This document shows positions 15,197 to 28,269 of a DNA stretch of 64,000 nucleotides, piece by piece. Each line of letters opens with the position of its first letter. Within the stretch, counting starts at the first letter, position 1. The notes beneath the pieces were generated by a model that saw nothing but the letters and a program-made list of their open reading frames with translations, did no database searches and was not told the origin of the DNA. The stretch is from the human T2T-CHM13v2.0 reference genome, Homo sapiens: the NCBI RefSeq assembly GCF_009914755.1, contig NC_060928.1. The stretch is one strand, 5' to 3'. The position numbers and the translations under genes were made by a program.

Positions 15197-16429
15197 TTAT
15201 ACAATAGGCCCAATAATAAAAATAAGATGAGATGTAGTTGTGGACAGTGTTGATACATACTACTCTTTATTTTAAAAATGAATCCATATGCTTTGGACGC
15301 AGTATCCTAGATTTTATGGCTAGATCATGTAATAACAGTGATGCTAATTTTCTTCGCTAAACAGCCATCATTCCTAACATCTCTAAATGACACCATCCTA
15401 GGCAAGTTCTTCATCAGCTACACAGCTGTGACACAAGACGATGTGCAGCGTAAAATGTTCTGCCACATCTGCTTGGTCTTTCACATATTTAACTCAGCTT
15501 TCATCTCTGAAGTACAAAGATAATTATTTCCAGAAGTCTCTGAAGGAAGCTTGACCATTGGAGGACATGGGGTGTTAGAGATTTGCTTGTCTTTCAGACA
15601 GTAAGAAAAAGTGAAAATCTTCAAGAAGGATTTGTGAGGTCCTATAGGGAATACCTGTTTTACAGTTAAATTTCCATCTTAGAGGATGAGAAATCTACTA
15701 TACATCAGAAAATCTCACAGGGATGTGGGGAAGTATGTTGTTCAGTAGTCATTCCAATGATTTGGAGAGCTCCATGAATATATAAAAAGGGAAGATCAAA
15801 ACCTATCCTGAAATACTCAAAAGCCCCTAGTGGTAACTGGTTTCTAGCTTTGGCATGGAGTTGCACACAAGCCCCATCTGAATAAGAAAAGATGGGTTAT
15901 AACAAATAAACATTAATTCAAATATTTCTGCCAACACAGCTCAGATTTCACTATCATTGTGCTAAAACATATTATGTGACTATTAAGTTTCCTTTTATTA
16001 ATGAAACAAATTAAAACAGTTCCTATTGGCTTAAAATTTTGCAGGTGCTTTTGATTTTGTTACTATTAAGTCACAATGTTCAGAAATAGCCTAATTTTTT
16101 TCTTTTCCTCCATTCTACGTGATTTGGTTATGATGAGATGAAAAAATTAATTATGATTAGGTTCTTTATCTGTTGGTAAAATTAAAGAATTTTATATCCT
16201 GTCAGCTAAAACAGAAAAACAATTGATAAATAGCAGGGATATACTTGGTTATTATCCTGATAAAACCATAAAAGTTAGAACCGTGGATTTTAAAAATGAC
16301 ATATGTACATCAATATATATCTCACCACTCCCATGTAGGTAACCATTACTTTGTAAAGGTTACCATTACAATAACGAATCTGTTGAATTCAAACTGTGTG
16401 GCAAACACAGTGCTAAGAGCTTTCCTTCT

Positions 16430-16690
16430 TTTATCTTTTATATGTTTTAACTTTTAATTATCAAAATATTCAAAAACACACAAAAGTTGAAAAGTATAAC
16501 TCATTCTCATCATTCATCCTCTACAATTACAAGCTCATAGCCAATCTAGTTATTTCTATACCCTCACCCATTTCCTCTTATCTGCACTATTTTGAAGTAT
16601 ATCTTCACCTTCATATATTTCATCCATAAACGTTTCACTGTATAATGTCTAGAAGATAAGGATTCTTTTTAAGAAAACAATATTATCTTA
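16430..16690 (-). mobile_element. Old L1M 3'-end fragment, apparently interrupting a MIR
   Basis: Resembles reverse-complement L1MC/ME 3' UTR; MIR-like sequence lies on both sides. Confidence 0.55.
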
Positions 16691-16699
16691 TGTAATACT

Positions 16700-16870
16700 C
16701 AAAGCAACCTCATGGAGTTGGTAGTATTAATACTCCCATTTCCCAGGTGAGAAAACTAAAGCTTAGAAGTAAAGCATCTTGTCCAACGTACCTAGCTAGC
16801 ATGTAATCTATTATACCAGGGATTCAAATGCAGCTCTATCTAAATTCAAAGACAAAGCTCCTGAACATTA
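16700..16870 (-). mobile_element. MIR SINE
   Basis: MIR core cccatttcccaggtgagaaaactaaagc...gggattcaaat. Confidence 0.75.
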
Positions 16871-17929
16871 CATTGACTCATTAGTACATGATAACTTCAC
16901 TTGCTAGAAATGTTTCTGATTTTTGAACACCTCAATAATGATTGGTACTTCATGTTAGCAAACACCAGGGAAGTAAAAATAGTCCTAATCGCTTCAAGAT
17001 AAAAAAAAATTACTGAAGGTGCTAGATGACATGAATTTCTAAAAACTAAGGTGATCACAGAAATCATTATATGCTTCTTTCCCTGCTCTCTTAAGTTCAT
17101 CAAAACTTACAACTTAAACATACAGAGTCCTGAGTTTCCAGCTCTAAAGTAAGAAAAACCCCTGCTCTTTGCTACTCTGAAGCCACAGCCAGCCCTAAGC
17201 CATAACCCTGCAGCCCAAGATATGGGTAAGTCTCAGGAGTGAATTCTTTACAACTTATGACTTCTCCACAACACTGTTACATGCCCTAGTTATGTGGAGG
17301 CAATACATAAGTGCTGCTGGCTGGTGACAGTTTTAGTTGTTTGTTTTTAATGTTGCCATTCTACACAGATCCTTAGACAAATAAAATATACATTCTAAAG
17401 TAATTTTTTCATGCATAAGGATTTTTCTCTGAGTCACATGTGTCACTGTAATTGTTGTAAAGTCAGCATGGAATTACTTCCATGTTCTGCAAGTATGAAT
17501 AATGACAAACTATTACATAACAAAATTTCTAGTTGAAGCAGTGCTATGTAATCACAGCCATTTCCATGCGAATTACCCTAGACATCATTCTGGCCTAGAG
17601 AAACCTAACCTGCAATTTACTATTGTCAGGTCACATAGAAGTAGTTGTCATAGAGGCGGGCCCTTGGAATAGTCAAGGGTCCATCAAAAAGAGTGATTTC
17701 CTTGGGTATATGATGATTGAATGTCTGAGGAGGCTGAACTGATAGAAGGGAAAACTGCAAAATATTTTCTTGGCATTCCTAACATTGAACTTACATACTT
17801 GTCTATATTTAAATAAGATTCATTCCCTTCTAGCACATCTTATCTTTATAAAAACAAATAAAACATACTCAGTAATTTTTCATTTGCCGTTTGGTTCGTT
17901 GGCCTTTTCCTTTATAATATTCAACTCTG

Positions 17930-19860
17930 TGACTATGTACAAGCACTGTGGACACAAATACAGGTAAGTCACAGGTTTGCCCTCACAATTGGGAGAAGTA
18001 AGTACACTGATAACTATAATACATTGCAGTATAAGATGTCTCTCTCATGAGAAGAAAATATGAATGAAGTGCTATTGGGTTGGAGATGAGGGTCAAAGGA
18101 AGGATTGACATGATCCAAATGAGATGGAATTTTAAAATTGTGGCATTTTGGATACGCTTTTAGGACACCTCTTCTTAGCCTTCTTTACTCGTGTCACCTC
18201 TCCAGGAGTATTTCCACAACTCCTCTCTAAGCCTGCATTATGTGACCATTTGTAGTATTCCCATATGTCTGTCAATGCCCTTCCTGGAGGTCCTAAAATG
18301 ACGCTGCTAAAATAATGCTGCTACAACATGTGTTGGTTGAATTTGAGGGCTTTGATTTATTTATCTTTGTATCACCTTTGCAGTCCTAGCACAGAATAGG
18401 TGCTCAAAATTTTGTTAAATCAATGAACAATGTTAAAATTTACATAAGACTATACCTCAGAGGACAGATAGTATTAGAGGTACAGATTTGAAAATCACCA
18501 GCATAGAAGCACTGGTTGCAGAATTTAAAGTTGATGAGTTCCCCCAAGGAACATGGTACACAGGAAAAAAAGATAAGCCCTTGGTGAACTATCTTCTCAA
18601 TGAGATCTACTCTTATTCATGCTTCCTGCTGCCTGCTTCCAATCACCCACATTTCACCCTCACTCAGAATGCCCCTTATCCTGCTTGCATTTTCCTTTTT
18701 TCAACTGAATTTTAATATACCATGTAATTTTAACTTATTTATTTTATTTACTATTTTCTAACTCTTGTTGCTAACATATAAGTTCATGAGGGTTGGGATC
18801 TTAGAATATTCTGTCCATGAAATGTAGTCCAAGCACCTAGAATATTATAAGCACTCAATAAATATTTGTTGAGTTAATGAATAGCTGCCTATATTTAGAG
18901 TACTAAATAAGAAGAGAAAGAGCAAAAAGGGTAGTCATAATTTAGGAAGATAAACACAAGATCACCCTGTATAATAGAAAGGGAGATATGAATTTTAATA
19001 AGTAAGGGGTAGATAGTAATTGAGATAGCTATGAACAATTTTAGGAAGAAGGAATCAGAGAAGAAACTTTTGGATTTAGCAAATCAATGATGATTGACAA
19101 TTCCAGAAAAATTTCTATGGTAATGATCAAGGAAATCAGATAGCAAAAGATTGAAAATTGAGAGAGAATGGCATCTAGCAAACACCACTCTTTTGAGTAA
19201 TTTAGTGGCAAATAGCACAAGCAGTAAAAAAGAAGTTTGTGGTAATAATAGGGATGATAAAATTGTAGATGATTTTAAAACAAGGGGCAAATGGCCATTT
19301 GGTAGAATGCAGGAAAAATACTAAAAAGGAGTTGTAAGGTAATATTGGGGGAAAAAAATGAAGCAGGCAGTGATGATAACATGAACACAGGTAAGTTTAA
19401 CCTTTTCAAATAGTCAGCAAACTCTTTCTTCCAAAACACTAATAAAAAGGAGACGACAAGTGCTATAGAGACAGATTATTTAGAAGAGAATACAAAGGGG
19501 CTCCTGTATCATAGACATTTCTGTGCATAATTGTAGCTATATCAGTTTATAGGTATATGTTCCACTCTGTTCACACATGAATATTATCAACAATATTTAT
19601 CAGGAGGCTGGATCATAATCCATTTGCTTACTTTCCACCTGCATGGATATCAGTGATGCAATACAGCAAGTTAATTTATTCAAAAATATGCATGAGCTGC
19701 CCATTATGGGCCCATCCTTGCTCTAGGCAGTAGAGCTACAGCAGTGAACAAAAGAGATGAAACGCTCTTCCAGAGAAGAGAAAGAATAAAGAGAATAAAT
19801 AAGTCAAACATATGATATATTAGATGATGATATACGCTAAGAAAAAAGAGTGAACAGGTG
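17930..19860. mobile_element. Cluster of L2 fragments in both orientations
   Basis: L2 3' termini on + near 18430 and 18885 (cactcaataaatatttgttgag); reverse L2 3' end at 19670-19860. Confidence 0.65.
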
Positions 19861-19883
19861 GGAGGGAAGGTAATGTCAAAAAC

Positions 19884-20341
19884 TGTGGAGGGTCTGAGAA
19901 TTTACCCTAATTGCAAGCTAACAAATTAACCTGAAATGGTTTTATGGATGCCAGCAGAAGACATAAGACTTTACTGCTCACAGCAAGCAGTAACCAGAGT
20001 ATCAGATTGTACTATTTTTCCAAGGCCGAATTCCCACAGGGTGATGAGAAGATGGCCAGGTGTGAGCTGCATTATAGGAGAGAAGATCTGAGCCCAGGGA
20101 ACCCAAATACTTTCTGATAGACAGCCTGCCTGGCTTTTCCACCACAGGAAGCCATTATCATTTATATATTGAAAGCAATCATGTCTTTTCTTTGTTCTGC
20201 AGATCAATGCTATTTCTATCTTCCAAGGGTGTTAGTGATACCAACATCATTAAAAGGATAATCCAGAATAAAAAGCGCTCAGTGTTTTGCTTACATGATA
20301 TGCAGAAACATGAAAGACACATGGAGAATTGCTTCTCAATA
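19884..20341 (-). mobile_element. ERVL-class LTR (MER54/MER73/MER74-like group, subfamily uncertain); probable 3' LTR of the adjacent provirus
   Basis: Ends tgtggagggtctgag... and ...atggagaattgcttctcaata resemble this LTR group; purine tract AAAGAAGAAG lies just upstream on the minus strand. Confidence 0.7.
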
Positions 20342-20371
20342 ATATCAACTTCTTCTTTAAAAGGAGGGGTC

Positions 20372-22200
20372 CAAAACTATAAAAACGTTGGAAGAAAACC
20401 GAGGCAATGCCATTCTGAACATAGGAGCAGGCAAAGATTTAATGATGAAGACATAAAAGCAACTGCAACAAAAGCAAAAATTGACAAATGGGATCTACTT
20501 GAACCAAAGACCTTCTGCACAGCAAAAGGAACTATCAACAAAGTGAAAGAGACATCCTACAATGGGAGAAAATGGGAGAAAATTTTTGCAAACCATGCAT
20601 CTGACAAAGGTCTAATCTTCAGAATCTATAAGGAACTTAAACACTTTACAAGAAAAAAAAACCCATTTAAAAGTGGGCAAAAGACTTGGACACTTTTCAA
20701 AAGAAAACATATATGTGGCCAACAAAAATGTGAAAAAAGCTCAACATCACTGATTATTAGAGAAATGCAAATCAAAACCATAATGAGATACTATCTCACA
20801 GACAAAATGGTTGTTATTAAAAAGTCAGTGTTGGTAGGAATGTAAACCAGTACAACCACTATGGAAAACAGTGTGGAGATTCCTTAAAGAACTAAAAGTA
20901 GATCTACTGTTTGATCCAGCAACCCCACTACTAGGTATTTATTCAGAGAAAAAGAAGTCATTATACAAAAAAGATACTTGCACACTCGTGTTGATAGCAG
21001 CACAATTTGCCACTGCAAAAATATGGAACCAGCTCAAATGCCCACCAATCAACGAGTAGATAAAGAAAATGCGTATATGGTACATGGTATATATATGTAT
21101 ACACCATGGAATGCTACTCAGCCATAAAAAGGAATGAAATAATGGAATTCACAGCAACCTGGATGGAATTGGAGACTGATTATTATTCTAAGTGAAGTAA
21201 TTCAGGAATGGAAAACCAAACATCATATGTTCTCAATCATATGTGGGAGCTAAGCTATGAGGATGCAAAGGCATGAGAATAATACATTGGACTTTGGGAA
21301 TTCAGGGGAAGAGGTGGGGGTTGGTGAGGGATAAAAGACTACACATTGGGTACAGTGTACACTGCTTTGATGCATGCACCAAAATCTCAGAAATCACCAC
21401 TAAAAAATTTATTCATATAATCAAACACCACCTGTTCCCCCAAAAAGCCTATTGATATAAAGGTATTAATTTTTTTAAATAAGGTAATGTAAATTTTAAA
21501 AAAGAATCATTGTTATTAAAAAGTCAAAAAAAAAGATGCTGGTGAGGTTGCAGAGAAAAGGAACACTTCTACACTGTTAATGGAAGTGTAAATTAGTTCA
21601 CCCATTGTGGAAAACAGTGTGGCAATTCTTCAAAGAGCTAAGAACAGAAATACCATTCGACCCAGCAATACCATTACTGGGTACATACCCAAAGGGATAA
21701 AAATCTTTCTATCATAAAGACAAATGTACATGTATGTTCACTGCAGCACTATTCACAATAGCAAAGACATGGAATCAACCTAAATGCCCATCAATGGTAA
21801 ACTGGATAAAGAAAATATGGTACATATACACTATGGATTACCGTGCAGCCACAAAAAAAGAATGAGATCACGTCCTTTGCAGAAGGGTAGATGGAGCTGG
21901 AGGCTATTATCCTTTGCAAATGTATGCAGAAACAGAAAACCAAATACTGCATGTTCTCACTTATAAGTGGGAGCTAAATGATTAGAACACTTGGACACAT
22001 AGAGGGGAATAACATACACTGGGACCTCTTGGAGAGTGGAGGGTGGGAGGAGGGAAAGGTCAGGAAAAATAACTATTCGGTACTAGGCTTAATACCTGGG
22101 TGATGAAATAATCTGTATAACAAACCTCCATGACACAAGTTTAGCTATATAACAAACCTGCACATGTGCCACTGAACATAAAATAAAAGTTAAATTTTTA
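20372..22200 (+). mobile_element. Older L1PA 3' portion (ORF2 end plus 3' UTR), interrupted by an L1PB
   Basis: ORF2-like peptide KAKIDKWDL...[23 protein letters not shown]; L1PA 3' UTR; approximate TSD aaaaggaggggtc / aaaaggatggagtc. Confidence 0.93.
20828..21500 (+). mobile_element. L1PB-type 3' end nested in the L1PA
   Basis: L1PB 3' UTR (ggataaaagactacacattgggtacagtgtacactgc...); identical 17-mer ttgttattaaaaagtca at 20811-20827 and 21510-21526. Confidence 0.85.
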
Positions 22201-22249
22201 AAAAAGGATGGAGTCAGGCTTAGCTTGAATTTCTTCATGAGAATGCCAC

Positions 22250-22560
22250 TCTATTCATCTCTCTGATGAATCGTACTGACACAGGCTAAGACCAAATCTG
22301 TTCAATTTGTCTCATACGGCCATTAATAAGGCTACTACCAACAGAACACCAAGAAGCAGGATGAGGCCAACCTGCGGTCTTAACCTCAACCATGCTACCC
22401 AGAGTCCAGGACTCAACCAAATAAACAAAGCCCCTAAACCATCATGGCCTTCCCTAGAAAGTCAGGTGAAAGCTGACATGCCTAAAGGCTCTTTGTTGAC
22501 TTCTCCACTTCACCCAAGGCATCAACCCAGTTGACTGACTGAGCAAAGGCACCTGACAAT
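22250..22560 (-). pseudogene. Degenerate retroviral env TM-subunit remnant
   Basis: Minus-strand translations WVDALGEVEKSTKSL, then LGALFIWLSPGLWVAWLRLRPQVGLILLLGVLLVVALL, resembling an Env membrane-proximal region and anchor; located between integrase and the LTR. Confidence 0.6.
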
Positions 22561-23099
22561 GAGGATGGGAAAAGCAGCCATCTAGAGGTGTTAACAGGTG
22601 TTTCGCATGGAAAGCCCGGAAGCTGAGGCCATTCTCTGCAGTTTTCAATAGATTTCTCAGTAAAGTTAAAGTGGAATGGTGATAAAATCATAGTCAGAGG
22701 GGTCTGGGAGAGGATGGTAGATCCATCCATTATATTTAAGTAACTTGAAGCTCTTTGGGAGAGCTGTACCAGGGCATTTTCATTTCTAAGAAAGAAGCCA
22801 GGAGTATTCTGAAAGTAAAGATTTCTAATGTTTCTCTCTCCCTCATATGATGCGGGGCATGAATGTTCCCTCCCTGAGAGCCAGGGCTCTTGCTCTTCCT
22901 CTAATGTCATAAAAATCAGTGTGTCTCATTTCAGCAGATGTAACTTCATCTTTTTTGCAATTATCTCCAACTTACACCCAGACCTATGTAGTACAGTACA
23001 TATAGAGAGAACATAGAGTGTAGGTAGAAAGACAAAGACAGTTTTGTAAAACAGAGACCCATTATGTCTTCAAATTTAGCCCACAAGGGACACTATCAT

Positions 23100-25400
23100 C
23101 CATTTCGTAAGATGTTATTCTAACAGTCAACAATATCAGATGCCTTTGAAGCTCAGGAGGTTCTATGACTCCTTGACTATTAGTGCACTACTCATGGCTC
23201 TGCAATAAAAGCTCATCATGGTGAGATTGCAAGTGGTCTAGAAAACTGAAAACCTGGCACAGACTGGTTTCAAGACTCCCATTAATGTCACCCAGGGTTG
23301 CCTGATCAGACCGCAGCAGCAAGCAACTCTGTAAACTGAAAGAGTCAGCAGCAGTGAGGCAACCCTGAGAGCCCCACTCAACAGGCTGTAGGTTCCACGA
23401 GCCAATGTGCAACACAAGTTCCTTTTGTCAGGAGTCACAAATCTATGTGAACTGTGTTATGGGGTAAATCGTGCCCTGCCCCCCGAAATTCCTATGTTGA
23501 AAGTTTTAACCGCCAGTACATCAGAATGTGACTATATTTGGAGAGGATATCTTTAAAGAGGGCAGTAAGTCAAAATGAGGTCATTAGGCTCATGATGAGG
23601 CTATCTCTAATCAGCAAAACTATCAATCACCAAGACATATATAGCTTTATTGAGCCTTAACCCAATATGACTGTGTCTTTATAGGAAGAGGAAACTTTGA
23701 CTCAGACACAACACAGAGGAACACCATGTGAAGACATGGAGAGAAGACAGCCATCACCATGCCAAGGTGAGAGGCATCAAAGGAGCCAACCCTGCCAACA
23801 TCTTGATCTTAGACCTCCAGCCTTTGGAACTGTAAGAAAATAAATTTCTATTATTTAAGCCACCTGGTCTGTGATACTTTGTTATGGTGAGTTTAGCAGA
23901 CTAATACACAGTGGTAGCTTCTGCATCAGAAACATCGTCCTTTACTTTGTGCCCAGTCTCTGGTGGTGGATGTGTTGCCATGTCTGGGTTGTTGATGGGT
24001 CCAGTGAGCTCTGGCGGTCAACTGGGTGGTGGAGGCTCTATCAGCAGTTTGAATCCAGTCAGTATCATCAGAGAACAGTCTCTAACTGTAGCCATCTATA
24101 CCAGTGACCCAATAGTGTGATCAGGATTTGTTTCCACATTTTGGGACCCCAAAAAGGGGTATTTAATCAGCCAACCTGTAGTTTTCCAAGTGGCAAACCA
24201 ACCAAATAGGCCACTAGCAATAGCCCAAGTGTTAGTGAAAATACAAATTCATCAAGGGGAGTGTTGATCAGAGCTGGGAGAATGACCTTGAATTCTGCTC
24301 ACTGAGTAAACTCGCTGTGTCCACTGTAGGTACTGCTTAGCTGTGCTGAGATTGAAAACACAGCAGCCCAGGGGTACTATCAAGTTTTATCTCAGCCAAA
24401 CCAACAGTGAACCCAGTCCTAGACATTCAAGAAAACTCTGTGTACCCAGTGTCCCATTGGGGCAGCAGCTTTGTTTCAGGTGGTATAATAGGAGATAAAG
24501 ATACTGGGAAAAAAAAAAAAGCTGCCACTTTTTTATAGAAAGTCAAGATACCACTGGAGCCAGGCCAGCTGAATTCTTAAATATATCCTTTTCATTTGGT
24601 AAGTAAGGCTTACTTCCCAGCGTGCTAGTCACTGGATCCAAATTGACCCACCACAAAACAGGAATATCAGGCTGGAGGGGCACAAGGCTTCCATGGGACA
24701 GACAGGCATTCAATGTCAACAAACACCCAATAAAAGCTAAGAGCTGCTTTTTAAAAGGAGAGTATCAGGCAGCCATGTCTAGGAGGCCACAAGTCTGAAG
24801 CAGCAAGAGCTTCCTGACAGAGGCTACCTCTAATCAGCAATGCCATCAGTCACCACAATGTGTATAGCTTTAAGGGGACATTTGAGTTGTTGGACTACAA
24901 AGAGAGCATGCTTCAGTTTGCTGCACAGCTTTCAAAGTAGCCTATTGGTTGGGTCCCATTCAAAGACTGCAATCTGTGGGTCAGCCAATGCGAAAGCTTA
25001 AGTAGAATGCTCAAGAGAGGCACGTGCTCTCTCCAATGCCCAGAGTCTAATAAGATCCTGAGTCTTTTTTTTTTCTTTTATTTCCTGCAGGACTGATGAG
25101 ACAGCAGTTTTTTCTTGACTTTCAGAGAAACTGAACAGTGTGAATCCACTCCCAAAATAAGAAGAACCTTTATTTGGTGAGCAGGCCACCGAATTTTGTT
25201 GGCATTTATCAACCACGTCCCTGCTAGTGAAGGTGTCACAGCATCACAATCTGGGCTATTGAGACTGAAACATCTGCCACGTCAACCAACAGGACAGCAC
25301 CTGTGTAGTGAGAGCTGAGGACATCAGAAAGCAAGGGCACTCATGTTAAATCCTGACCCAACCCAGTGGCAAATGGCAGAGAAGTCCCTCTATCACTGGG
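23100..25400 (-). pseudogene. ERVL-class (class III) pol remnant: RT, connection, RNase H, integrase
   Basis: Frameshifted minus-strand peptides GHWREHVPLLSILL, YSPFKKQLLAF...PDIPVLWWVNLDP, FTNTWAIASGLFGWFATWK, WTHQQPRHG, CDS*QK and CLTAADSFS lie in pol order and resemble recalled ERV-L pol motifs. Confidence 0.88.
23455..23908 (+). mobile_element. MLT1-type MaLR LTR inserted in the integrase remnant
   Basis: tgttatgg...cagaatgtgactatatttggaga...gttatgg...gactaataca; TG...CA termini. Confidence 0.92.
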
Positions 25401-26561
25401 CTACATTCTGCTATGGGTTGTGTCACTGGGGAGGAACATGGAGCTTTGGGACTTCAGTGCTGGCCCATTACTCCAGAAGATGACATTCTTTCTAGTTTAC
25501 AAGACTTCAAGCAAACCTGCCCTTATCTTGATTGAGTACTTATAAGAATGTTTGCTTCATGAAGGCAGGAATTTTATGCCTTTTTCACTTCCATATTTCT
25601 AGCCCCTAAATAGTAAAATAGTAGGCTCAAGATAGATACTTGTTGAATGCGGTTTAATTATGAAAATGCCTGATTTTCCTACTGAGATGAGTGACAACCA
25701 CTTTCAGGTCAAATGGATTCTGAGACTATTTCCTACTAGGGATTTAAATATCAATTTGGAAACAATTTATAATATCATTTTAAATCATGTTTCTAAGTAA
25801 TAAAAAAAGGATAAAATCAAGCCAAAATGACTATACTGCCTTCATTGTTTCTAACAAATTAATTGTTTTAATTTGCAAATACTTTTTAAAGCATTAACGT
25901 ATTTATCTGTTTCAATGAGTTGACTTGAGGTAAAAGCCAGGTGGGACATGCTAGGTAAACTAATGAAATAATACATTATTTTTTGAGAATAATGAAAATA
26001 TCAAAAAAGGAATTGCTTTTAACCATACACTTGCATTCACGTTTTTCTTCCCTTGGGAGAACATCAGTTTATTGATTTTTATAATTAATCTGGACTAACA
26101 GATGTCTGACTGATTAGTTCTGGTAACAATATTTGTCATTTTTGATATCTTCTCAGCTGTTCCATATGGGATTTTTTTTTAATTTCTATAGTTTCTTAAA
26201 TCAGAGCCAATGTGTAGTCATTTCTTGACATTTATGACTCAAATTTTGGTACTGCTAAACTTTTAAGAATTTCTCACACTTAGTTCTCATATTTCTGCAT
26301 TCTTCACAGAAACAACTGCAATCTCCTCTTTCTTCAACTTTAAGGATGAGGCTGACACTGTCAACACTGTGAGAAAAGTAATGCTAGATGGGGGCATGAA
26401 TATCCTAGAAGTGTTCTAAAAAGGAGCTTTGTTAGAGGACAGGTAGGTAGAAGATGCTGAAAAGCATGGCTTTCCCAGATGCCCTTTCTAGTATCATCAC
26501 AGTAAGAAACAGCGGTATGACCAATAAAACTAAATAAAACAAAAACCAAGCTTTGTTCGGG

Positions 26562-26803
26562 TAGTACAGTTTGTGGTCAAGAACATAAGTTCTGGAATTG
26601 TACAATTTGGATCCCAGTTCTGACTCTAGCTCATGATCCTGGATGAGTTATTTAACCACTCGGTTTCAGCTTCCCCATATAGAAAAATGGGATTAATAGT
26701 ATCCCAACCAACCGCACTACTGGGAAGACTAAAAAGAGAACACTTGCAAGGCACTTATCACAATGTCTGGCAGACAGTGAATTCTCACTAAATCTTTGCT
26801 ATT
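26562..26803 (+). mobile_element. MIR SINE, near full length
   Basis: tRNA-like head, core (gagttatttaacc...tcagcttcccca...aaaatggg) and 3' part. Confidence 0.8.
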
Positions 26804-26952
26804 AACTATCGTTTTGAACTTCAATTGGCTAATCATACTTATCAAAATACCTTCTGGGAAGTGCAAGTCTTTAGTCAATATTGCACGTGTGTTTACCAAG
26901 GGCCTACTCAGCAATATCGCAGTCATAAATACTCATTATGTTGCTGATAAAG

Positions 26953-27330
26953 TCTATCTTAGCCATGTTCTCTAGAAACAGAGCCCAAGGCAAAGCAGAT
27001 GTGCTAACACTTTATTGGGGGAGTACAATCCAGGAATGCAGGCATGAAAGCAAATGTGAGGGAGATAGAAGGGAGTGTGTTGTTCTGGATACAGCTTCAT
27101 GATAAGTTGACTGCCCTTTTGCACAAGATCTCTCTGGTGGACGTTTATGAAAGTATGGTCCTTTTAGGGTAAAGGAGAGAATAAAACTTATCTACCAGCA
27201 CTCACACTATTCAAAATTTGCCCCACAACCATTAACACTTATAGGTTCTATATACACGGGTGACCATCAGATTCCCTAGTATCCTGCTAACTTCTCAGCA
27301 GCAGGGAAGCCACAGGACCAGAAAAAGAGG
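26953..27330 (-). mobile_element. Old ERVL LTR (LTR33/LTR16-like)
   Basis: tcttagccatgttctctagaaacagagccc...tttattggg resembles the reverse 3' end of this group. Confidence 0.5.
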
Positions 27331-28269
27331 TGTTCATTGAGGAGAGTAAGTTAATGATTTAGGAACATTTCTATGAAAAACACAAGGAAGTATGGAGAAA
27401 TTGCCACAGCAGGCCCACTCATCTATAGGAACAGGGACACCTCCGGCCAGAGAGCAAGGCAAGTGCATGGGGCTGGGGTAATGACTCAGCTCACTGATGC
27501 ACACACTAGCTTAGGGAGCTCTGAGCTGAGGGAAACAGGATTGAGAATTACTAGACTAATCAAATCATACCTCTTTCTTTTCTAAATTTTCTGGGCCTGG
27601 GGTATATCAAGTTTATCTGAATGTCTCAAGCTCTCATGGATGGACTTTTCTATCTCCATTAGGCCCCAAGAAATCTACTATCGTAACTGATTTTCAGTCT
27701 TTTCAAATCCCATTTTATTATCTGTCATATGAATGAATGAAATAATAAAAAATCAAATACAGACAAAAAACAACTGAAGCAACCTATAACAGTACAGTTA
27801 GAAAACATGACACACATAAAGAAAAGAACTTCCTCAATTATTGTTTTCAAAAGTGATGTTAAAAACTGCTCATATTGAATAATATTTAGACAAAAGTATC
27901 TTTAGGGCGTCTGTGCAAGTTAGTGTTTCACATGCATTTTACTGAGATGCCATGATCCCTGGAGGCAAACCAGAGCTACTTTGGGTATATCACATAACTG
28001 AAAAATAGCTACTTTATCTCAAAGAAAATATGAGATAATTGGAAAACTTTAAAGAAATATTCTAGTTAAATCTGAATGGAAAGAGGTGTGAAACAGATGA
28101 AAAATATGAAGATTTTTTAGATGATGCCTGGCTCACAGAGATCCTACTTTAGTCTGTTAGACCGGCTTCACCAAACAGCAAATAAATTGCCACTGCACTG
28201 AAGTGAATTTGATCATAACATGAACAAAAATAACAGCAGTTTTAGAAATTAAAAAGAATTAAAGGGAGA

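Noticed and set aside
17220-19400. Isolated perfect donors (GTAAGT near 17226, 17964 and 19390)
   Set aside because: No convincing paired acceptors, two lie within L2-rich sequence, and such hexamers are frequent by chance.
20192-20845. Longest ORF in the window (217 aa)
   Set aside because: Chance read-through from an LTR into frameshifted L1 ORF2 sequence.
22482-22910. 142-aa minus-strand ORF as a domesticated Env (syncytin-like)
   Set aside because: Stops before the membrane anchor and lacks a signal peptide, furin site and CX6CC; only its end resembles Env.
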